Assembly (NCBI RefSeq): GCF_020745735.1 | Contig: NC_083434.1 | Coordinates: forward strand, 37,755,966-37,819,965 | Origin: Hemiscyllium ocellatum | Lineage: Eukaryota | Length of the DNA: 64,000 nt | Reading direction: 5' to 3' | Shown here: positions 37,516-49,784 of the stretch, in pieces | Layout of the letters: each line of letters starts with the position of its first letter | Position numbering within the stretch: position 1 is the stretch's first letter | Translations under genes and position numbers: made by a program | The notes under the pieces: model-generated | What the model saw: only the letters and a program-made list of their open reading frames with translations | What the model was told of the DNA's origin: nothing | Databases searched by the model: none

Positions 37516-37722
37516 GAAGCAATTATTCAAGACCATAGTTCCATGGTAGAGGGTACAGAATGAATGCCCACCAGGCACTTTCTCAATGATGCAGGATGGG
37601 TTGAAACAAGGGAGTTACTCTAAGTCACACAAATACATCTCCCAGTGCCGAAATACACAGAGGTATCCCCATGGTGAACAAGTTTCCTGATTTTCGATTC
37701 TCCCTGCCTCTTCTGGGGAATA

Positions 37723-38028
37723 TAGATTAGATTAGATTGCTTACAGTGTGGAAATAGGCCCTTCGGCCTAACAAGTCCACACCGACCCTCCGAAGAGGTC
37801 GGTATCCCTACATTTACCCCTTACCTAACACTGCGGGCAATTTAGCATGGCCAATTCACCTGACCAGCACATCTTTGTGACTGTGGAAGGAAACCGGAGC
37901 ACCCGGAGGAAACCCTCGCAGAGATGGGGAGAATGTGCAAACTCCACACACACAGTTGCCCGAGGCAGGAATTGAACCCGGGTTTCTGGTGTTGTAAGGA
38001 GGCAGTGTTAACCACTGAGCCACCGTGC
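37723..38028 (-). mobile_element. HE1/V-SINE-type SINE (CCK intron 2)
   Basis: Same family with a (TAGAT)n tail. Confidence 0.88.
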
Positions 38029-38739
38029 GTTTGATTTCCATCTTTGCAACATGATGTCCACGAAAACAAATGTGCTGTTAACTCATTTAGGTTAATTCAT
38101 ATAAACAACAATTGTAGTTGATGTGAAATTCTGCATTAACTCTCAAGTGTATTTGATGACAAACATCTTTCATGATTAAACATTGAAAGAATACTCTGTT
38201 CTACACTAAATACGAGATTAAATTATGATTGGGCTATCTGGTTAGAAATCAATCATTTTTTGTTTTATATGTTAACATATTGCAAATGCAATTATCTGGA
38301 ATGTAAATGCAGGGCTAATCTGTTTGAGATTTATGGTAGACTATTAGCTACAAAGTAATCAAATAATTGGACATTTTCTCCTTGGAAGTACTGAGAACAT
38401 TTGCTCACGTTTCTAGCTTATTACATCTGTAATCTAGCTTATTACAACAAAAATCCAATTTGGAGAAGATGGGATTTTAAAGAAGGATTTTAACAAAAAT
38501 ATTGATTTATTTTAGAAATCATTCAAAGTATATTTTTTTTTACATCTGACAGCCTGAACAGGAAAAGGCTGATTCTACAAGACTTTGAAATACAAACAAT
38601 TCAAATTAAACAATGCTATAAAAATTGCATTGGATTCAACATTACACTAGTGATGGCTAAGAACATCTCATGTTTAAAATAAGTAGTTCAATCTTGAAAA
38701 TAAACTTTTATTTCACAGATGTAAGACACATATTATCAA

Positions 38740-39346
38740 GTCAGGGTAATACAGCACAGAAACAGACCCTTACGTCCTCAACCATACCAACTAGACATCC
38801 CAATCTGACCTAGTCCAATTTGCCAGCATCTAGACCATATCCCTATAAACACTTTCTATTCATGTACCAGTCCAGACACTTTTTAAATGTTGTAATTGTA
38901 CCAGTCTCAACCACTTCCTCTGGCAGCTCATTCCATACATGCACCACTCTCTGCGTGAAAAGGTTACCCCTCAGGCCCTCTTAAAATCTTTCCCCTCTTA
39001 GCTTAATCCTATACCATCTAGTTTTGGACTTACCCTACCTTAGGAAAAAGACCTTGGCTATTCATCCGAACCATGCCCTTCATGATTTTATAAACCTCAG
39101 TAGGGTCACCCTCAGTGTCCAATTCTCCCAGAAAATAAGTCAAACCCTCCAGTCCCAACAATATCATTGTAAATCTTTCTGTATCCTCTCAAGTTTAACA
39201 ACATCCTTTCTATGGAAGGGTGACCAGAGTTGTACGCAGTATTCAATAAGTGGCCTCAGCAATGTTCTGTAATATGCTGCAACATGACTTCCCAAATCCT
39301 ATACTCAGTGTTCTGACCAATGAAGACAAGCAGGCCAAACACCTTC
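38740..39346 (-). mobile_element. CR1 3' fragment (CCK intron 2)
   Basis: Reverse complement of the CR1 3' end (CCACTTCCTCTGGCAGCTCATTCCATAC). Confidence 0.85.
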
Positions 39347-39351
39347 TAAGT

Positions 39352-40220
39352 TTGAGGTTGGCTAATCTGGTGTCAATATCTAAGAAAGACTGTAGGAAAA
39401 GCCAGGGAACTGTAGACTGTTGAGCCTTACATCAGTGATGGGTAAGTTGTTGGGGGGAATTCTGAGGGACAGGATTTACATGCATTTGGGAAGGCAAGGA
39501 CTGATTAGGAATAGTCAACATGGTTTTGTGCAAGGGAAATTATGTCTCACTAATTTGATTGAGGTTTTTGAAAAGGTGACAAAGAAGATTGATGAAGACA
39601 GAGCAATAGACGTTGCCTATATGGACTTCAGCAAAACGTTCAACAAGATTCCATTTGGTAGACTGGTTAGTAAGATTAGGTCTCTACGTAAGCAGGTGAA
39701 GTAGGCCAATACGAAATTGACTTGAAGGCAGCAGACAGAGGATGCTGGCAGAGGATTGCTTTTCAGACTGGAGGCCTGTGAACAGCAGTATGCCACAGGG
39801 ATCAATGCTGGGTCCACATCTTTTCGTCATTTATATAGATGATTTGGATGTGAATATAAGAGGCTTGGTTAATAAGTTTACAGATGACACCAAAATAGGT
39901 CATGTAATGAACAGTGAAGAAAGGTATCTCAGAGTACAATGGGACCTTGAACAGATGGGCCAATGGTCCAAGGAGAGGCAGATGAAATTTTATTGAGACA
40001 AATGTGAGGTTTTGCATTTTGATAAGGCAAACCAGGGCATGACTTTTAAAGGTAATGGTAGGACCCTGGGGAGTGTTGCTGAACAAAGAGACCTAGGGAT
40101 GCAGGTGCATAGTTCCTTGAAACTGGACTCCCAGGTAGATAGGATAGTGAAGAAAGCATTTGGCAAACTTGCCTTCATTGGTCAGTGCATTGAGTATATG
40201 GGCTGGGACATCATATTGAA
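39352..40220 (+). mobile_element. CR1 RT-domain fragment (CCK intron 2)
   Basis: SLTSVMGKLL..ILRDRI, QHGF, YMDFSKTFNKIP, PQGSMLGP, FTDDTK; frameshifted. Confidence 0.9.
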
Positions 40221-40756
40221 TGCAACATTTAGGACAAATCTATGATGAGAAGATACTGCACAAAATATAGATTAATTGTTGATGCACCCAAAAACAGAAT
40301 TAGTTCTATCTCATTTACATGGAACATTAACGTCTAAATCTAACCTGCTAAGAAAAAAAAATTGTTAAATTTAACTGATCAACAGGGTACAGCCCAAGAG
40401 TTTTAGCTGTTTAATCTATACATTCTGAAATGAAAGCACATTTTCTATCAAGTGTGTTAATTATCCACAAGGTTTATGAAAGGCCATTTTTACTGATGGC
40501 TATGGTTAACAATGTACATCATAATGTGTCCACTCCATCTACCCACATAAGCCTTTAGGAAACTTAACACCTCCCTTCTTCAAAAGCACTAGTTCAACAT
40601 GTTTAAAGTTTTGGTTAAAGTAAACTGTGAATTGAGATTACTCAGCAGTTATCAATAATATATATATAACCTCCAAATTGATCACTGTCTCACTTGTCTA
40701 CCTGTCACATCTACAGATTAATGGTCTGGCGTAAAATGTTAGAAGTTAACACTTTG

Positions 40757-40876
40757 AAGGTTTGGAGAGATATGGGCCAAGCGCAGGCAGGTGGGACTAG
40801 TTTAGTTTGGGAACATGGTCAGCATGGACTGGTTGGACCGAAGGGTCTGTTTCGATGTTGCACGACTCTGACTCTC
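40757..40876 (+). mobile_element. CR1 3' tail
   Basis: GGTTTGGAGAGATATGGGCCAA...GGACCGAAGGGTCTGTTTC...GACTCTGACTCT. Confidence 0.75.
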
Positions 40877-40974
40877 ACAAAATATAACATATGATGTAAA
40901 ATATTTGACCAATATTTTCAACATCATGGTTTGCAAAAATCTCCTGTTGACCTTCTGCTCCTCAAAGAACTAAA

Positions 40975-41852
40975 AACAGTACAACCCAGGAACAGGCCCT
41001 TCACCCACCAAGACTCCAGTGACACATGATGTCTTTCTAAACTAAAAACCTTTTGCCTCTGTATCCCTCCATTCCCTACCTGTTCATGTATCTGTCAAGA
41101 TGTGCTAACTTATCCACCTTCACCACTTCCCCTGGCGGCAAATTCCAGGTTCTTAACAGTTTTGTGTAAAAAGCGTGCCTCTCACATCTCCCTTAAACTT
41201 AACCCCTTTTACTTTAAACCTATTTCCCCTGGTAAGTGACATTCCCACCCTGGGAAAAAGACTCCGACTATCCATTCTACCCACGCCTCTCATCATTTTG
41301 TAAACCTTAATTATCTTGCCCCCACACTTCGACATTCAAGTGAAAACAAATCAAGTTTGTCCAAACTCTCCTCAAAGCTGATACCCTCCAAGTTGGGCAA
41401 CATCCCAGTAAACCATTTCTTTACCCTCTCCACAACCTCCTTCTGGTAGTGTTATGACCAAAACTGTGTGAATATTCCAAATGTGGTCAAACTAAAGTTG
41501 TGTACAGCTGCAACATGACTTGCCAATTTTTTATACTCTATGCCCTGACCAACAAAGGCAAACATGTTATACGCCTTCTTGGCCACCTTATCTACTTGTG
41601 TTGCCAATTTCAGAGAATTGTGGACCTGTACAATTAGATCCCTCTTTATGTTGCTAACATGAAGGGTTCTGCCATTTACTGAATACTTCCCTCCTGCATT
41701 AGATCTTTCAAAGTGTATCACCTCACACTTGTTTGAATTAAACTCCAACTGCCATTTCTCTGCCCAAGTCTCCTGTCTATCTATACCTTGCTGTATTCTC
41801 TGGTGATCTTCCTCCCTATCCACAGCTTTGTGTCATCCACAAACTTACTGAT
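40975..41852 (-). mobile_element. CR1 3' fragment ending ~140 bp before CCK exon 3
   Basis: WAEKWQLEFNSNKCEVIHF and TRGNRFKVKG remnants. Confidence 0.85.
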
Positions 41853-41988
41853 TGAGCAGTGGATTGGGCTAGAGGGCTGACTGGTCTATTTCTGTTCCTA
41901 TTTCTTGCGCTCGATATCTCATGTCGAAATTAAGTGGCGATTACGCAGAACATTCTTCAGACCTAGTTTTTGCATTTTGTCTTCCCAG

Positions 41989-42125
41989 GTTCTTTGGATA
42001 GAGGCACCCTTGTGGGAAGCAAATTGCAGAACCTGGATCCCTCCCACAGGATAAGTGATCGGGATTATGTGGGATGGATGGATTTTGGTCGACGCAGTGC
42101 TGAAGAATATGAATACGCAGCGTAA
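41989..42125 (+). CDS. CCK: Preprocholecystokinin exon 3 (CCK-8, amidation site GRR, C-terminal flanking peptide); not in the ORF track
   Basis: Acceptor ttttgtcttcccag|GT, phase 1 compatible with exon 2. Reads (G)[44 protein letters not shown] with TAA at 42123-42125. Spliced CDS is 244+137=381 nt, 126 aa. Confidence 0.97.
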
Positions 42126-42376
42126 AGAAATTATAGTACAACCACATTCCCAAGTCTGTACAAAAGAAGAAAAAACTTTGATTTGAAGTCTTAAAAATGA
42201 GTGTTTCAAATTCTATTCACTATGGTCCTTAATGTGAATTTGTTTGTAAGACTGTATAATGCAATATACATATGAAGGATTTTGCAGAATTGTCTGGCTC
42301 TGTCCAGTTTCTTATTAATATTAATGATACAAGATTGAAATAATTCAGTATCTCGTCTGTCAGTTTAGTACATCAC

Positions 42377-42382
42377 AATAAA
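42377..42382 (+). terminator. CCK: CCK polyadenylation signal AATAAA
   Basis: AATAAA about 250 nt after the stop codon, followed by a T/GT-rich tract (tttgtttaatgtttt) about 20-35 nt downstream. Confidence 0.75.
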
Positions 42383-44750
42383 AAGAAGCAAAACTGAAAC
42401 TTTGTTTAATGTTTTAACACATGTCATGGAGAAAACAGATGGAAGGGAAGGTAGCTCTTCCTCAACATTGAGACCTATTGGTCATGAGGAATGGAAGGTA
42501 ACTTCATTCCTGGCATGCAATGATACAGACTGAAGACCTCTAGTCACTTCAGAATGTCCAAGTGACATGTTGCCCCAATGCTACAATGTCAAACATTTTT
42601 AGAACAGCTCTGAGGAAGGGGTTATGAAAGAAGCTGACCATTGTTAAACCATTAGTGCACAGATTAACATGTTCCCTTCTACAAAGAGCAGCTGAAGTGA
42701 AAGCTCCAAGAGAGGGCAAGAAAGATATACAATAACGGGTCCATGACTTCCATTACTGGCTGGATTGAAGAAGCTGGGGTTCTTCCTGTTTTAAAGGGAG
42801 AGTTAGGAGACCAATGCTCAGAACCACGAGGAAGCAAAACAGGCAGAGGGGGAAATGGTGTCCATTAATGGAAGGGTCGAAAACCAGGACACCGATGTAA
42901 AACTAATATAAAAATGTAAATTTTAGAACACAGATAGTGCTGTGAGGTGGAAAGCACTGCACTCAATCATAGTTTACAAGAGAGGATTGGATAATCATTT
43001 AAAGAATAGAAGTATTATAGGGCTAAAGGACAACAGGGTGAAATTGAAACAAGACAAAATGCCAATCAGGCTCAATGGATTGAATATCTTCCTTCTCTGC
43101 TGTAACCATTGTACAATTCAAAGGTGTCTGAGCCACACAGTCTGGATTGAGTAACAACTGCAAAGATACCATTAGGCTGCAATGATTACTGCTCTGCGCT
43201 AACATCTATATTCTATTGACTTCTGTTCAGCTAATTGGTGCTATTTGAGTAAATTCCATTTCGATGTTGAAAGCAGCCACTCTCAGCCCTTGTCCGGAGC
43301 TCAGTGTTTACATTTACATCGACATAACAATCATACAACTGTGATGAAATTTGGAGCTAAATAGATTGAGGAGAATCTATTTTATTGAGAGGGGTGTAGT
43401 GTGATAACACTAATGATTATGTGTTGCATGACCAGGCTGATCATTTGGAGGTGGTGGATTGAAATGTCAATTGCTTGTGTTAGATTTCCTGTGTTGTTTC
43501 TCATGGAAATTATATACAGAGTCACTTCAAACAGGCGCCATTGCTACATGAGGGCTGTTTGATTAGTAAGGTGGATAGATTCTGGTGAGTCTTCAGTGCT
43601 TGGGATGAGATGTTGCCAAAGTGTTTTCCTTGTGTTCAATGCATCTTGTTACTTTTTAATATCATACAGAGTAAATCAACTTGATTGAATCTTACCTTTC
43701 ACTGTGCTAGGGATCATAGTTTAGAGTTTTACAGAGGGAGCAAAATAGAGGGATCTGTTCAATTCACATTTGCAAACCTGCAGATTGATAAAGTATTTTT
43801 TAAACATGCATACCAGATCTTGGCTATACAAGTAGAGGTATTCAGAACAGAAGCAAGGAAATCATCTCAAATCTCTTGAAATCACTACTTACACCTCAGC
43901 TGGAATCCAATTCTTTTTCCACTTTTCCATTTAGCACAAAGAAACCAAGCATAAAACAATACCATGGGTTCATTACAGTACACATGATCTATGTAACTAT
44001 ATGTATAAATATATATACTTACAGTGTAACTGAAAGGCTATGTAGACACATCTCACCTGCAGTTTGGCTGCTATCTTATGTCAATAGATTACGTTCAATT
44101 ATACATTATGCCCCGTCACATGGATGGTGGACAACAGCTTAAGATACACCCCCTTAGAGGCACATTACAATACTTCTGAGCAGCAGTAGTTAGGAGGGAT
44201 ATTAATGACTAGAAAAGATGTTGAGGAGATTCACCAGACTGTTAGAAACACAAAGAATGGTGGAAAAACTCTGCAGGTTTGGCAGCATCTGTAGAGAGTG
44301 AAACTCTTGTTTCCAGTCCAGGATGAGTTTCCTCTCTCCACAGATACTGACAACCCCATTGAGTTTCTCCATTATTTCTTCTGTTTTTGTTTCAGATTTC
44401 CAGCATCTGCAGTAATTTATTTTTATTCACAAGACTGATACCAGGTCAGATGTCTGGTTTTCTATATTAGTATAGTGACAACATTTTATTGTGTCATGCA
44501 CTTTCAGACATCCTGTTATTCTGAAAAAAAACTACATCTGTATTGCTCTATATGCAATGCAAGGTTTCTTCTCATTATGCTTGTGATGATTTTTTGTGAA
44601 GGATACTTCAGGGTATGTGGACAAATAGCAGGAGCTGGGATTGTTCCCCTTAGAGTAGGGACGGTTAAGGGGAAATTTAACAGGGACTTTCAAAGTTGTG
44701 ATACAAACAAAACAAATTCTAGCTGGAAGGTCAGTGGGATACAGATTTGT

Positions 44751-45040
44751 GGGTGGCACGGTGGCACAGTGGTTAGCACTGCTGCCTCACAGCGCCTGAG
44801 ACCCGGGTTCAATTCTCGCCTCAGGTGACTGACTGTGCGGAGATTGCACATTCTCCCCATGTCTGCGTGGGTTTCCTCCCACAGTCCAAAAATGTGCAGG
44901 TCAGGTGAATTGGCTATGCTAAATTGCCCGTAGTGTTAGGTGCAGTGGTCAATTTAGGGGAATGGGTCTGGGTGGGTGTGCTTCAGTGTGGACTTGTTGG
45001 GCCAAAGGGCCTGTTTCCACACTGTTAGTAATCTAATCTT
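44751..45040 (+). mobile_element. HE1/V-SINE-type SINE
   Basis: GGGTGGCACGGTGGCACAGTGGTTAGCACTGCTGCCTCACAGCGCC...GTAATCTAATCT. Confidence 0.9.
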
Positions 45041-45092
45041 TAAGAAAATCATCCAAACAGCAGGAAGGGAGTGAGGATTTTATATTACACAA

Positions 45093-45422
45093 TGGCGGCA
45101 TAGTGGCTCAGTGTTAGCACTGCTGACTTACAGCAGCCAGGGACCAGAGTTCAATTCCAAATTCGGGTGACTGTCTATGTGGGTTTGCACATTCTCCCGT
45201 ATCTGCATGGGTTTCCCCCGGGTGCTCTGGTTTCATCCTGATGTGCAGCTTAGGTGGGTTGGTTATGCTAAATTGCCCAGTAGTGTGCAGGCTAGGTGGG
45301 GCAGCTGTTGGAAATGCAAGGTTACAGGGTAGGGGAGTTGATCTGGATGAGATGCTCTTTGGAGGGTCGGTTTGGACTCAATGGGCCTAATGGCCTGCTT
45401 TCACACTTTAGGAATTCTATGA
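45093..45422 (+). mobile_element. Older HE1/V-SINE-type SINE
   Basis: Same head and core, longer tail. Confidence 0.8.
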
Positions 45423-45987
45423 TAATGGAATATTTTATCTGGAATACATTGAGTAAAAGTCTGATCAAAGCAGATTCAACAGCAACTCTCAGAGGTGAAT
45501 TGAATAGAAATTTCCTAAGCAAAAGTCTGCATGGATCTAAGGAAAGACCAGTTGCTTTTTTCTAAATTGGAATTGTCTTTACAAAAAATCATCACAAGCA
45601 TGAGAAGAAACCTTGCATTGCATATAGAGCAATACAGATGTAGTTTTCTTTTCAGAATAACAGAATGTCTGAAAGTGCATGACACAATAAAATGTTGTCA
45701 CTATACTAATGTAGAAACCCAGACATCTGACCTGTGCAATAGCAATTTCCTGCAAACAACAATGTGATGATAATCAAATAATTTGACTCAGCGGTTGCTA
45801 ATTGAGGGGTAAATATTGGCCATATTGGAAATAAGCCGACTGCTGCTCACAATGACAATACGGAATCTTTCACATCCTCCTGAAAGATCTCACCTTGGCA
45901 CAATGACTCAGCGAAATGATGGACCTCTCCAGCTCCCTGCACTCTCTTACACTTCCCCCAGAGCATCAGCTGTGAGCTTTGGATTAT

Positions 45988-46222
45988 CATTCCCAACTAC
46001 ATAGTGCTGCCCTCATTCCCAACTATTCCCACAGTGCTGCCCTTTCATTCCCAACTATTCCCACAGCACTGTCCTCTCATTCCTGACTATTCCCACAGTG
46101 ACACCCTCTCATTCCCAACTATTCCTACAGCACTGCCCTCATTTCCAACTATTCCCATAGTGACACCCTCATTCCCGACTATTCTCACAGCGCTGCCCTT
46201 TCATTCCCAACTATTCCCACAG
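45988..46222. repeat. Minisatellite, 30-32-bp unit CATTCCCAACTATTCCCACAGTGCTGCCCT(CT), ~7.5 copies
   Basis: Direct inspection; abuts the 5' truncation point of the CR1 at 46223. Confidence 0.9.
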
Positions 46223-47790
46223 TTGATGTGCTGGAAACTTTGGCAAACATTAACATTGATAAGTCCCTGGCGCCAGACCAGATTTATCCTAGGTTGCTCC
46301 GGGAAGCGAGAAAGGAAGTTGCTAAACCGCTGGCAAAGATCTGTGCTTCCTCACTCTCCACGGGCACTGTACTGGAGAATTGAAAGGAGGCGAATGTTGT
46401 TCCTCTTTTTAAGACGGGTAATAGGGTAATCCCTGGCAATTACAGACCAGTCAGTCTTAAGTCTGTGGTCAGCAAGGCTTTGGAAAGAATTCTGAGGGAT
46501 AGGATTTATGACTATTTGGCAAAGCATAGTGTGATTAAAGACAGTCAGCATGGCTTTGTGAGGAGCAGGTCATGCCTCACAGATCTTATTGAGTTCTTTG
46601 AGGAGGTGACGAGACAGGTTGACGAAGGTCGCCAGTGGATGTGGACTTCAGCAAGGCATTTGATAAGGTCCCCCATGGCAGGCTCATTCATAACATCAGG
46701 AGGTATGTGATACAGGGAGATTTGGCTGTCTATATTCAAAATTGATTGGCTAACAGAAGGCAGAGAGTGGTTGTAGATGGAAAGTATTCTGCCTGGAAGA
46801 CCGTGTTGAGTGGTGTCCAGCAGGGCTCTGTTCTTGGTCCTCTGCTCTTTGTAGTTTTTATAAATGATTTGGATGAGGAGGTTGAGGGGTGAGTTAGCAA
46901 ATTTGCAGATGACACAAAGGTTGGAGGTGTTGTCAAAAGTAACAAGGGCTACTGCAGGCTGCAGCTAGACATAAACAGGATGCAGAGCTGGGCTGAGAAA
47001 TGGCAGATGGAGTTCAACCTGGATAAATGCAAAGTGACGCAGTTTGGAAGGTTGAACTTGAAAGCTGAATATAGGATTAAAGACAGGATTCTTGGCAGTG
47101 TGGAGGAACAGAGGGATCTGGGTGTGAAAATACATAGATCCGTCAAAGTTGCCACCCAAGTGGATAGGGTTGTTAAGAAAGTAAATGGTGTTTTGGCTTT
47201 TATTAAAAGAGGATCGAGTTTAAGAGCCGTGAGGTTTTGCTGCAGCTCTACAAAACCACACTTGGAATATTGTGTCCAGTTCTGGTCGCCCTATTATAGG
47301 AAAGATACAGAGGCTTTGGAGAGGGTGCAAAAGAAGATTTACCAGGATGTTGCCTGGACTGGAGAGCTTGTCTTACAAAGAGGGGTTGAATAACCTTGGA
47401 CTTTTCTCTCTGGAGAGGAGGAGGAAGAGAGGTGACCTGATCGAGGTGTACAAGGTAATGAGAGGCATGGATACAGTCAATAGCCAAAGACTTTTCCCCA
47501 GGGCAGGATTGACTGGCACAAGGTGTCATAGTTTTAAGGCGTTAGGAGGAAGGTATAGAGAAAATGTCAGAATTAGGTTCTTTACATAGTGTTGAGAGTG
47601 TATGGAATGCATTGCCAGCTGTGGTGGTGGAAGCAGAGTCATTAGGGACATTTAAGTGACTACTGGACATGCACATGGATAGCAGTGAATTGAGAGGTGT
47701 GTAGGTTAGGTTATTTTATTTTAGATTAGGATTAATCCTTGGCACAAAATCATGGGCCTGTTCTGTGCTGTACTTTTCTATGTTCTATGA
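46223..47790 (+). mobile_element. CR1-clade LINE, 5'-truncated and frameshifted
   Basis: RT remnants (ILRDRIYDYL, QHGF, WAEKWQMEFNLDKC, HLEYCVQFWSP); tail TTCTATGTTCTATG. Confidence 0.92.
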
Positions 47791-48534
47791 CATTTGTCTC
47801 CCTGCTGCTGATGGTTAAATCAAACTCTTTCCTGGTGTGACAGAGTCTGTCCATTTGTTGCTGATGCCCCTTGGTGCAGAACTCTTGCCCATCTTCACAA
47901 GCTTGGAGCCTGTCCTCGGTGAGGACCCAGCCTCCCTCTGTGTTGGATTGGAGGTGAGCAAAGCTGGGCCTCTCTCAGACTACTGCAGAATGTAAGGAGA
48001 AAACCCTCAGGATAAACCGAAGGCATGTGATAGCAGCGAAAAAAGATGATTATCCAAATGATCTTGGTTCCATAATGTCATGATGTTAGTTTAATATCTG
48101 TGTTTCATTTTTATAAAACAACCAATTGACCTAGCATTGACTGCCATTTCTGGAAATCAAGATGTGGTGTAACAATAACGTCCCTGGCCTAGTAACCCAG
48201 AGGCCCAGGCTAATGCTCAGACCCCATTACTGTAGCTGGTGAGATTTCAGTGCAATTCCTTAAATACTGAACCAGTAATGATGAGCATGCAACTATCACC
48301 AATCACTATGGAGAGCCATCTGGTTTACCAACTCCCTTTATGGGAAATGAAATCTACCATCCTTACCCAGTTTAGACTACATGTGACCCTAGTGTGGTTG
48401 ACTCTTAACGGCCTTGTGGGTAATTAATGCTAGCCTGGGATAAGATACCCCATATTCTCTGTGAACGATTTTTTTTAATTTAAAAGGTTTGATTATTGGC
48501 AGAATAGGAACCTCCTTTGGTGTGTGAGCATTTC

Positions 48535-48806
48535 TCCTGGGGAAGGTGGGGGTTTAGGGTAAGAGGGCAAAAATTTAAAAGGGACCCAAGGGACAACATT
48601 TTCACACAGGGTGGACCATGTATGGAATGAGCTGCCAGAGGAAGTGGTGGAGGCTGGTACAATTACAACATTTAAAAGGCTTCTGGATGGATATATGAAT
48701 GGGAAGGGTTTTGAGGGATATGGGCCAAGTGCTGGCAAATGGGATTAGATTAGGTCAGAATGGATGAATTAGAGTGAAGGGTCTGTTTCTGTGCTGTACA
48801 TCTCTA
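48535..48806 (+). mobile_element. CR1 3' end
   Basis: TGGAATGAGCTGCCAGAGGAAGTGGTGGAGGCTGGTACAATTACAACATTTAAAAGGC. Confidence 0.85.
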
Positions 48807-49784
48807 GGATGCACATGAAGGCTGTTAGTTACCCTTAACCTGGGCAATTGAGTCAAACAGCTGAGGTGTGAAGAGTCAATCCATTTCCCACACACTCATG
48901 TCTATTTGACAGGTGGATCCTATGATCCCACTGCAATTGACAACTCAACAAATGAAAACAGTAAGATTGCCCATTAGACAGACTCTGATTTTAGGCTCAG
49001 TAAAATGGTAGTATCCGGCAGTACACAACAACGCCGAATACTTCATACAGCGATTTGAAAATAATTTTGGGCAAAACCAAGCTTACCAAGTATGTTATAT
49101 AGAAGATGAATGTTTAATTTTACCCCAGAGGGAGAGTGAGCTCCAGGAATCAGACACTGATCAGCTAATCTGGAATAGATACATCTAACACAATTTACAG
49201 GAACCACAAATTGAAACATATGCTCATGTGAAATCTTTTCTGAAAAGGATACTGCTTTATGACTCCTGACCCTTGTCCTATGAAGCTGAATACTCTGCTT
49301 CAGGTATAGCTTGTGAGGAAGGGTGACTTGACATGAAACTTTAACTCTGATTACTCTCCACTGATGTGGCCCAACCTGCTGAGCTTTTCCAGCAATTTCC
49401 GTTTTTGTTTCTGATTCACAGCATCTGGGATTCTTCTGGCTTTTTAAAAACAGTCATGGCTTGTTCAGAGTGTGCAACATGACTCAGTTGATCCATTAAT
49501 CTTATAAAAAACTAACTTCTCTTTGGGCTTTTATTGCGAAAATTTGTTCTCAAAATTTTCCAACTTTCACATATACCTGCTCTTTCTCACCCTAGATGTG
49601 ACATGTCTGTGATGGACTCCTTTATGTTGCTCAAAACTGTTTTGCAAAAACTGTAACCTTACAACATCACAGATTTGTCTCTTTTGGGAATTTGTACCTC
49701 ACTTTTTGATACTTTAATTTCTTCCTGGAATGAAACTAATTTGATCAGTCTCAGCTCTATTGAGCAGAGAGAAGGCGGAGGAGT

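Larger units (their letters stand above)
44442..45734. repeat. Inverted duplication: arms 44442-44597 and 45581-45734
   Basis: Arms of about 155 bp with only a few substitutions and small indels, separated by ~980 bp. Confidence 0.9.

Noticed and set aside
41989-42125. Gastrin rather than CCK
   Set aside because: [22 protein letters not shown], the MNSG signal peptide and TRAK1 adjacency are CCK features.
45988-46222. CRISPR-like array
   Set aside because: Contiguous tandem units without unique spacers, no cas genes, and a vertebrate context.
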